From positions 32,001-96,000 of the IMG/VR virus record IMGVR_UViG_3300046534_001374: DNA of 64,000 nucleotides. The stretch is one strand, 5' to 3'. Numbering within the stretch: position 1 is the stretch's first letter; the number at the start of each line of letters is the position of its first letter. This DNA comes from a virus. The notes under the pieces were generated by a model. That model saw only the letters and a list, made by a program, of their open reading frames with translations, had not been told where the DNA came from and made no database searches. Shown here piece by piece: positions 7,266 through 13,361 of the stretch. The translations under genes and the position numbers were made by a program.

Positions 7266-7340
7266 TGGCAGTATAGGAAGGACTCGAACCTTCATTTTAT
7301 GGATCAACAATCCACGGCATTGCCATTATGCTACTATACT
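7266..7340 (-). tRNA. tRNA-Asn(GTT)
   Basis: AGTATAG/CTATACT-G-CCA, TT-GTT-GA, canonical arms. Confidence 0.9.
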
Positions 7341-7456
7341 ATGTTTATAAGCCATAAGGTCTAATCTTTCGATCTACAGGGGTAGCGTAGTGATCATCTG
7401 GTATGCTGGCCAGACATCGTTATCCTTATTGTTGTTTAAGCGTATGCTTATAAAAT

Positions 7457-7532
7457 TGGTCCGCTAGGAGGGAGACGATCCCCCAACCTTGTCGTTAAAA
7501 GCGACCTGCTCTGCCTATTGAGCTACTAGCGG
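7457..7532 (-). tRNA. tRNA-Lys(TTT)
   Basis: CCGCTAG/CTAGCGG-A-CCA, CT-TTT-AA; T-loop ATCGTCT. Confidence 0.85.
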
Positions 7533-7541
7533 TTTAAAAAT

Positions 7542-7618
7542 TGTGTCGTATGGGTATCGATCCCACTTATTACCTAACCTCCACTTTTCACAGCTTTGGA
7601 TGCCACCTGATACGACCC
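7542..7618 (-). pseudogene. degenerate tRNA-like element (His-GTG-like loop)
   Basis: T arm GTGGG-ATCGATA-CCCAT, imperfect acceptor GGGTCGT/ACGACAC, CT-GTG-AA in a poorly paired arm, no CCA. Confidence 0.4.
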
Positions 7619-7635
7619 TTAAAATATGACTTACT

Positions 7636-7706
7636 CTAACCTCTGGAATTGAACCAGAGTCTGCCGCTTTATAAGCCGCCGTAATTTCCAATTATACCAA
7701 GTTATT
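7636..7706 (-). pseudogene. tRNA-like element with ATA loop and defective acceptor
   Basis: D arm GTA..TAC, GCGGC-TT-ATA-AA-GCGGC, TCTGG-TTCAATT-CCAGA; only 5-bp acceptor, no CCA. Confidence 0.45.
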
Positions 7707-7749
7707 TCTGTCCACAACCAAAGAGCAAATAACTCTCTCAGATCATGTT

Positions 7750-7824
7750 TGAAGTCAAGAGTTAGATTCGAACTAACGACACTCCCTCAATTAAAGGCTG
7801 CTCTAACCACTGAGCTATCTTGAC
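7750..7824 (-). ncRNA. tRNA-like RNA without a valid anticodon loop (paralogue of 3129-3204)
   Basis: GTCAAGA/TCTTGAC-T-TCA, canonical D/T arms, arm CCTTT-AATT-GAGGG. Confidence 0.7.
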
Positions 7825-7827
7825 TTA

Positions 7828-7868
7828 TGGTATTTTACGGGTCTACCCGCTCCTGACTATACCTAGCC
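7828..7868 (-). ncRNA. 41-nt pseudoknot-like mini-RNA, copy 2
   Basis: GGCTAGGTATAGTCAGGAGCGGGTAGACCCGTAAAATACCA. Confidence 0.6.
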
Positions 7869-7870
7869 TT

Positions 7871-8043
7871 TGGTGTCCCATGTGGGGATTCGAACCCTAC
7901 TCACATTATATCCTTTGTCAATTACTAATGCATTTTCTTTGACACTCTATTTCCTGTGGGCCGATACTTCATCTTACGACTTCTTCGGGCACACTTCTTA
8001 CACTACGTTTAAGTAGTAGCTCTAGCCATTGAGCTAATGGGAC
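7871..8043 (-). ncRNA. 173-nt tRNA-like RNA with about 100 nt of extra domains
   Basis: GTCCCAT/ATGGGAC-A-CCA, GCTC/GAGC D arm, GGG-TTCGAAT-CCC T arm, several hairpins between. Confidence 0.7.
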
Positions 8044-8113
8044 TTTTAATTCTCATAACAAATACAAGTCAACATGAAATTGTAATGTTGTAAAGGTTTA
8101 TCTTAACTTAATT

Positions 8114-8206
8114 TGGAGCGGAGGAACCGATTCGAACGGCTATCTGTTCTCAGTTGTATAAGGTTAGGCTTGGATTCGCCCTGTGCTGCCATTACACCAC
8201 CTCCGC
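8114..8206 (-). tRNA. atypical tRNA-Gly(TCC)
   Basis: GCGGAGG/CCTCCGC-T-CCA (U73, Gly-like), 8-nt loop GAATCCAA, 24-nt variable region. Confidence 0.65.
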
Positions 8207-8215
8207 TTTTTACTG

Positions 8216-8608
8216 TTACCAGTCAATATTTATAACGTATTCTCCTGCTTCGATCAAGCCCTTTTTGAATAAATCGTCAAAGAGTATTTCGATGTTTGGA
8301 AAGAAATTCCGTTCCCAAAACATTTCAAGAGTCCAAGCAGAGTCGGATTCTGAAAGTTGTTCTGTGGGATCTCGCTCAAGCCAGTCTTTCAAAGAAACAG
8401 AACCATACTCATTTTTAATGATATCCTCTAGGACATATCCTTCTAGGACATATCCTTCTTCAACATCTTTCACAGGAACTTTTACATATTGGGTTCCTCT
8501 TGCTCTACAACCAAATTGTTGCTGAAAGCTAAAAGGTCTTTTGTAAGTTTCCTCGATGAAATCGTCCAAATCTGAGACTTGGACATATTTTATGGTTTCG
8601 TATTTCAT
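8216..8608 (-). CDS. hypothetical phage protein
   Basis: 130-aa ORF ending GEYVINIDW. Confidence 0.75.
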   Translation of the reverse strand: MKYETIKYVQVSDLDDFIEETYKRPFSFQQQFGCRARGTQYVKVPVKDVEEGYVLEGYVLEDIIKNEYGSVSLKDWLERDPTEQLSESDSAWTLEMFWERNFFPNIEILFDDLFKKGLIEAGEYVINIDW

Positions 8609-8632
8609 GTTTTATGTTTTATGGTTTAAATT

Positions 8633-8929
8633 CTATTCGAAATACCGTTCGTTGTCAAGAGGAAACCATCTGTTTCTCACTGACTTGGCGTAGTCTTCAA
8701 CACTACCCTCAAACTCATCGAACACTGTTTTGACTCGGCCATCTACTGAATCACCGTATGAATGGAACAATTCTAGAAACTCGATTGCCCTTCCGGCAAC
8801 ACTAATATGGCGTTTAAAATCACCTACTGGTGGATTCTTCTTCGCGCAGAAATCATCTACTGTTGCCAGTAGGCATTCTGCGATGTAAATTGCTGCCTTC
8901 GTCGGGTTGCATACGTTGATTCTCTTCAT
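8633..8929 (-). CDS. hypothetical phage protein
   Basis: TTGACA-N17-TACCTT-N6-ATG. Confidence 0.7.
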   Translation of the reverse strand: MKRINVCNPTKAAIYIAECLLATVDDFCAKKNPPVGDFKRHISVAGRAIEFLELFHSYGDSVDGRVKTVFDEFEGSVEDYAKSVRNRWFPLDNERYFE

Positions 8930-8973
8930 GTCGTTAAGGTATATTGTTTGGGTTGTTTTGTCAACGTTTAAAT

Positions 8974-9048
8974 TGGTTACAGGAGAAGAAATCGAATCTT
9001 CGTAGAAAGGGATATGAACCCTATCAGGGAACCAACACCCTTCCTGCT
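8974..9048 (-). tRNA. initiator-type tRNA-fMet(CAT)
   Basis: A1:A72 mismatch, GGG/CCC at base of anticodon stem, TT-CAT-AT, CCA encoded. Confidence 0.75.
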
Positions 9049-9051
9049 ATT

Positions 9052-9175
9052 TGGAGATTAACAACAAACTCAATCATTGTCAACCTTTATCAACAGGAAA
9101 AATCATTTTTGTTTCTCCTGTCTTTCTATAGCGAACGTCCTGCCATTTCTGGGGGCACCGAATTTTAATCTCTCC
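9052..9175 (-). ncRNA. candidate ~120-nt structured RNA ending in CCA
   Basis: Terminal helix GAGATTAA/TTAATCTC, internal ACAGGA/TCCTGT hairpin. Confidence 0.4.
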
Positions 9176-9184
9176 GCTTGAAAT

Positions 9185-9217
9185 AAAAAACCCATTTAAC
9201 TGTTAAGCTAAATGGGT
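9185..9217 (-). terminator. intrinsic terminator (attenuator)
   Basis: ACCCATTTAGC-TTAACA-GTTAAATGGG followed by T6-ATTT. Confidence 0.85.
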
Positions 9218-9246
9218 GTCGTATTTCTAAAATCTTTATTTTATAC

Positions 9247-9324
9247 TTAACACACCCGCAGGGAATTACTTCTCTTGCAAAAGAGAGATCTTCCTAAATT
9301 TATGTTTGACATAATGTGTTTCAT
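9247..9324 (-). CDS. putative attenuator leader peptide MKHIMSNINLGRSLFCKRSNSLRVC
   Basis: 25-codon ORF between a promoter and a terminator; its 3' end GGGTGT is complementary to ACACCC at the terminator base. Confidence 0.65.
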   Translation of the reverse strand: MKHIMSNINLGRSLFCKRSNSLRVC

Positions 9325-9339
9325 TGGCTTTGTTGTTAT

Positions 9340-9369
9340 TACTTATAGCAGAGGTTTGCTCTTTTGCAA
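9340..9369 (-). promoter_or_regulatory. promoter of the tRNA array (sigma70-like, overlapping late motif)
   Basis: TTGCAA-N16-TATAAG overlapping TAAGTA. Confidence 0.55.
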
Positions 9370-9392
9370 TTAAAATGTTAATTTTTTTAAGT

Positions 9393-9506
9393 TGGTGTTA
9401 GAGCGGGATTTGCACCCACATATTGTAGCTATATCAATATTCCACATACTACTTCAAAATCACTCACTTTCTAGAATTAAGAGCAATTTTTGCAGTGGAC
9501 CTAAAC
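9393..9506 (-). ncRNA. tRNA-capped RNA (acceptor + T arm + CCA, no D arm)
   Basis: GTGGG-TGCAAAT-CCCGC-TCTAAC-A-CCA; long TCCAC..GTGGA-closed hairpin; ATATTG/CAATAT hairpin. Confidence 0.55.
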
Positions 9507-9514
9507 TTTTAAAT

Positions 9515-9637
9515 TGGAGATCTTGGATGGGGTTGAACCACACTAACCCTAAGCTTTCGGGGTATTCCTTATATTACCGACTCTTCGGAATTTATAGAGT
9601 GCTAGCCCTTTATAAATTCCTGCAATAAGCCAAGACC
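9515..9637 (-). ncRNA. tRNA-capped RNA (acceptor + T arm + CCA)
   Basis: GGTCTTG/CAAGATC-T-CCA, GTGG-TTCAACC-CCAT, GGAATTTATA/TATAAATTCC hairpin. Confidence 0.6.
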
Positions 9638-9658
9638 TTGTTGGGGGTTATTTGTAAC

Positions 9659-9856
9659 CTAGATCCACCGAGGTAGTGGACTTCCTTGCTTTCCGCTTTC
9701 TGCCGCAAAGAGCGCATAGGCATCTTTTAGAGCTTTAGCCGAATCTCTATATCCTGATTCGCTGGATTGCATACTCAGAGATCCGCCTTTACAGGCATAT
9801 CGGTTTGAATGTGACGATTGGGCTGTTTTGTATTTGTTTTCAAGTTCTTCTAACAT
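9659..9856 (-). CDS. hypothetical protein
   Basis: ORF in early cluster. Confidence 0.5.
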   Translation of the reverse strand: MLEELENKYKTAQSSHSNRYACKGGSLSMQSSESGYRDSAKALKDAYALFAAESGKQGSPLPRWI

Positions 9857-9932
9857 TGTTTTGTTTTCGTTTCTTTCGATGTTTTTAAATTAGCACGGGG
9901 TTTATAATTCGGCAAGTGCTAACTTGAGTTTT

Positions 9933-10295
9933 TTAAATTTTGTATTTTGCACGGATGTCTTCAAAAAGCATAGGCTCCTCGTTGACCATGAAAATGTGGA
10001 ACGAGAGGCTTTTAGCCAAGCTATCCGAGATTTTCAGAGTATCGAACTCAGCAACCATTGGCTTATCCTCGTCGATATCCATCATGGAGACTTCCTCAAG
10101 AGTGACCACACCATCCTCTGTAATGGTCAGAACGTAATCACCACGCTCACCGAGGTTGTAAAATACCCGAGACCCTTTGGTGTGTTTGGATGGATACTCC
10201 ACTTGGAATTCTCTGCCTTCAAAGGTAACTCCATAGACTTTGAATTCATATTCTTGGACTACCCTTACTAGTTCGTTTCTCAGTTCGTTTCTCAT
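9933..10295 (-). CDS. hypothetical protein
   Basis: TTGACG-N17-TATAGT promoter upstream. Confidence 0.7.
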   Translation of the reverse strand: MRNELRNELVRVVQEYEFKVYGVTFEGREFQVEYPSKHTKGSRVFYNLGERGDYVLTITEDGVVTLEEVSMMDIDEDKPMVAEFDTLKISDSLAKSLSFHIFMVNEEPMLFEDIRAKYKI

Positions 10296-10392
10296 AACGA
10301 CCGGACTATACCCAATTTTTAGAGTTTCGTCAATTTAAATTTTAATTTCATTTTGTCCTTGCAAAATGAAATAAATGCCTTATGCTGATAGC

Positions 10393-10524
10393 ATGATTGA
10401 ATTATTAATTGTCCTAGCTGTATTGGGAGCCGCTTTATTATTGTGTGTCGGAATTATTTTCGTTGTCTTTAAAATCATTATGCTGTTATCGGGAGCAGTA
10501 TTTGCCTTTTTGGATATGTTCTAG
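10393..10524 (+). CDS. 43-aa type IV pilin N-terminal-helix mimic
   Basis: MIELLIVLAVLGAALLLCVGIIFVVFKIIMLLSGAVFAFLDMF*; TTGCAA-N16-TATGCT-N6-ATG; not in ORF track. Confidence 0.65.
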   Translation: MIELLIVLAVLGAALLLCVGIIFVVFKIIMLLSGAVFAFLDMF

Positions 10525-10568
10525 AAATCCCGTAAGCTAATGCTTATAGGCTTTCTCATCCACCAAAC

Positions 10569-11678
10569 CTAAAACCCTGTTAGGTTTCCTAAAACCTCTA
10601 TACCTTGGTTGATTGTATCGCACAATGTTCTGGGGTCTGTGTTTATAGCCCTCAATTTATTTCCCTTGTGGATATACTCGTGTTGAAGATTTCTATACGG
10701 TGGTAGCATTTCACTTACTTGTAAATTGCACGAGTATACTTCAGGGATTGGTTCGCCGTCAACATAAAGAAAGTTGCCCTGTCCTTGGTAGTCGAAATTA
10801 AATTTAACAATAGGTATGAACCGTAAACCTTTAATTTCCACCTCACCCACTACAGGAGAATCCTCAATCCATTTGTTTCTAGATCTTGCAGACACCATGT
10901 AAGACATAAATCTAACAAATTCGATATTTCTCTTAGTCGTTGCTTCATCAAACGTGTTGATCAAGTCAAAGCTTAAATTATAATCGGGTGTTAGTGCTTG
11001 CCCTCGGTAAAACCTATCCGAACTACTAGTAGCATTAACCGAAGGGTAAATTGCCCTAGCTACAGAATTACCAATACCACCTAAGTTTCTAGTTAGAGAG
11101 CCGCCCATTAATAGCTTACCGGCATTGCCGCCAGCCAAAGCACTATTTTGGAAGAAGCTAGAAGCACTATTCATAATATTCCCTATAGGGTTTGAACCCT
11201 CACCCTCGCCGTCACCAAATTGGGTGTTATAGGTCTGAGGTAATAAACTCAGCATAGGAAGTTTGATGGTCCATTTGAGATCATCGGCAATCAACATGTT
11301 GGCATATGGATTGGTGATATAAGAATTGATTTTTTCCATAAGAGATGAATCTTTAGGAAGCTGATCCGCTATCTGAAACCCTTGGGTTAGTGTTGTAAAC
11401 AGATTTGTAATCATCGAACTATACTTTGGTTGAAATAATTTGATAGTATAACTAACCAAATCCTTTTTAGCAAAAGCAGGATTCAATGACCATGAAGTAG
11501 ATTGTGTTAAATCGATAACCCCCGCAGTTCTAGAAGGGGCTACATATGGTTGGGCTGGATCATTGCTATCCATTTTGAATTTAATAGCATCTCCAAAAAT
11601 CCCCGATTTTGAACCGCGAGATTTCCCTAGTTCAAATTCGCTTTGAACTATCTGGTCGTTGAATACATTTACAGCCAT
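10569..11678 (-). CDS. baseplate tail-tube cap-like protein (T4 gp48-like)
   Basis: Size, Gly/Asn-rich middle, tube-cap-like C-terminus, adjacent to gp25; TAAATA-N5-ATG. Confidence 0.5.
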   Translation of the reverse strand: MAVNVFNDQIVQSEFELGKSRGSKSGIFGDAIKFKMDSNDPAQPYVAPSRTAGVIDLTQSTSWSLNPAFAKKDLVSYTIKLFQPKYSSMITNLFTTLTQGFQIADQLPKDSSLMEKINSYITNPYANMLIADDLKWTIKLPMLSLLPQTYNTQFGDGEGEGSNPIGNIMNSASSFFQNSALAGGNAGKLLMGGSLTRNLGGIGNSVARAIYPSVNATSSSDRFYRGQALTPDYNLSFDLINTFDEATTKRNIEFVRFMSYMVSARSRNKWIEDSPVVGEVEIKGLRFIPIVKFNFDYQGQGNFLYVDGEPIPEVYSCNLQVSEMLPPYRNLQHEYIHKGNKLRAINTDPRTLCDTINQGIEVLGNLTGF

Positions 11679-11686
11679 GCTTTTAT

Positions 11687-12130
11687 TTAGGCTTGAGCTT
11701 CAATTCCATTGTTCCTACTAAAATCAACCTGTAGGCTGATATCCCGTTCATTTAAAGTCGGTATTGCAAAGAAGATTTCAACATTATAGATGCCTTTGAT
11801 TTTATCTACATTTATATTAATATCCTGAACCACAACTCTAGGTTCTTGTTTTAGAGTCTCTTCCAGATCCTCGCCCAACATCTGGGCATTCTCTTCTGAT
11901 ATTTGTTCGAATAGGTATTCATCCAATTCATTTCCGTAAGCTGTATCAAGAATTCTAGTCCCCTTTCGTATAGAAAGTAGGTTTACTAGAGAATTTCGTA
12001 TAGCGAAAAGATCATTAACCGCGATTTTGGTAGATTTGAAATTGCTATTTCTGCTAAAATTTAGATCTCGGTAGGTGTAATCCCCCGCGTTTCCATTTTT
12101 TAAACTAAAATCTTGTATGACAATACTCAC
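11687..12130 (-). CDS. gp25: baseplate wedge subunit gp25
   Basis: AIRNSLVNLL..KGTR..YG..LFE..EPRV; GTG start 5 nt after TATAAATA. Confidence 0.85.
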   Translation of the reverse strand: MSIVIQDFSLKNGNAGDYTYRDLNFSRNSNFKSTKIAVNDLFAIRNSLVNLLSIRKGTRILDTAYGNELDEYLFEQISEENAQMLGEDLEETLKQEPRVVVQDININVDKIKGIYNVEIFFAIPTLNERDISLQVDFSRNNGIEAQA

Positions 12131-12135
12131 AATAG

Positions 12136-12143
12136 TATTTATA
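12136..12143 (-). promoter_or_regulatory. T4-type late promoter TATAAATA
   Basis: Exact T4 gp55 consensus. Confidence 0.8.
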
Positions 12144-12163
12144 CCTGATTGGCGAATTAACAA

Positions 12164-12189
12164 AAAGCCTAGTTTTTAGGCTAGGCTTT
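12164..12189. terminator. intrinsic terminator
   Basis: aaagcctag...ctaggcttt with A/T flanks. Confidence 0.7.
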
Positions 12190-12215
12190 GTTTGGATATA
12201 TATATTAATATCCGA

Positions 12216-12500
12216 CTATTTTAGTTTGTTGCCACCATTGATATCTGGCTCAATAGTCGCACCGGCAACGAAGGTCAGTGCCTCGGCTACATTATCCCCT
12301 TGCTGTGTGGTAACTTGAACTACACAACCATACGGGGTTCGCATTGCTTTTGCTGATTTCATCCATCCTTGGGATTTAGAACTAGCCTTACAAAGCAAGG
12401 TGAACATGTCAGGATTTCCGACAACTTCAACATCACTTACTTTCTTCTTCGTATCGTCAACTGATGTGGCGTTTAACGTTTTTTCTTCTGTTGTTTCCAT
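12216..12500 (-). CDS. hypothetical phage protein
   Basis: GWMKSAKAM...GCVVQVTTQQGDNVAEALTFV. Confidence 0.75.
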   Translation of the reverse strand: METTEEKTLNATSVDDTKKKVSDVEVVGNPDMFTLLCKASSKSQGWMKSAKAMRTPYGCVVQVTTQQGDNVAEALTFVAGATIEPDINGGNKLK

Positions 12501-12505
12501 AAATT

Positions 12506-12724
12506 CTAAGGGATTGTTATCATACCCTCTTTTCTAATCGATACTACCGATTTGATATCGCCTAATTTATCTGAAGTCGCTTTATCACATTCAACTATGA
12601 TGATACCCACCTCTTCAAGAATATTTTTGACAACACCACCTGCCGATTCTATCTCAATAAGAATTTCTTTCTCGCAACCTCTACCATCACCTTCCTTAGT
12701 CACCATCACCAAGTATGTGCTCAT
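12506..12724 (-). CDS. peptidase inhibitor I9 / subtilase-propeptide-like protein
   Basis: YLVMV..IESAGGVVKN..GIIIVE..L..V..I pattern, 72 aa. Confidence 0.5.
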   Translation of the reverse strand: MSTYLVMVTKEGDGRGCEKEILIEIESAGGVVKNILEEVGIIIVECDKATSDKLGDIKSVVSIRKEGMITIP

Positions 12725-12727
12725 AAG

Positions 12728-13108
12728 TTATTGACCCGCATCTTTGATAAAGATACCATCGACAGTTTTGCCTGTTCTATTCTTAATGACGTTGTAAGCC
12801 GTTTCTAGAGCACCCACGCAATCTAGACCACTAAGCTTGGCAAAGAGGATAAGAGTCACCAGAACATCTCCTAGACCGTCTTCGATCTCATCCTCTGCCT
12901 CCTTAATCATATCTTCTAAATAAGGATTTGGTTTTTGTCTAACTTCGCGGAGTGTTAAGAGTTTAACCACGGCATCTCTGGTCTCAAGATATTCTTCCAT
13001 AGTTTTGTTTAACTGCGGAATGGCATTATCTTTTTTGATAAGATTTTTGGCATCGCCCCATTCAATTACATTTTCCTCTAAACTTTCAAACGTTGTTTTA
13101 TCTGTCAT
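12728..13108 (-). CDS. MazG-like nucleotide pyrophosphohydrolase
   Basis: KTMEEYLE...DGLGDVLVTL...AYNVIKNRTG. Confidence 0.9.
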   Translation of the reverse strand: MTDKTTFESLEENVIEWGDAKNLIKKDNAIPQLNKTMEEYLETRDAVVKLLTLREVRQKPNPYLEDMIKEAEDEIEDGLGDVLVTLILFAKLSGLDCVGALETAYNVIKNRTGKTVDGIFIKDAGQ

Positions 13109-13361
13109 ATCTTAATTTAATTTTTGATTCCCACTCTTTAGGACTTACACACAAAGGATACTCTTTCCATTCCTGCTCTAAATCTTCATCCAAGTAGATC
13201 CCTATCATACCCTTGGATTCCAATTCTTCAACTGTATATGTCTCAGTTTCTTTAGGTTTTCCTTGCGCCATTTTGACAGACCTGCGAGGAAACCAAGACC
13301 TAATAGTTTTTGGGTTGTTGGTCAACCAATCTCCTTTGTGTTTCGGGGTTTCTCTAGCCAT
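13098..13361 (-). CDS. hypothetical protein
   Basis: ORF overlapping both neighbours. Confidence 0.65.
   Translation of the reverse strand: MARETPKHKGDWLTNNPKTIRSWFPRRSVKMAQGKPKETETYTVEELESKGMIGIYLDEDLEQEWKEYPLCVSPKEWESKIKLRYDR

Noticed and set aside
7871-8043. tmRNA
   Set aside because: No G3-U70 alanine acceptor, D stem present, too short, no convincing tag ORF.
9393-9506. Amber suppressor tRNA or stop-codon recoding (CTA in the hairpin loop)
   Set aside because: Not a 7-nt anticodon loop; core genes read intact in code 11 and TAG ends normal genes.
8944-9628. Plus-strand ORFs 8944-9168 and 9392-9628
   Set aside because: They overlap minus-strand tRNA and tRNA-like genes and start at TTG inside reverse-complemented RNA or promoter sequence.
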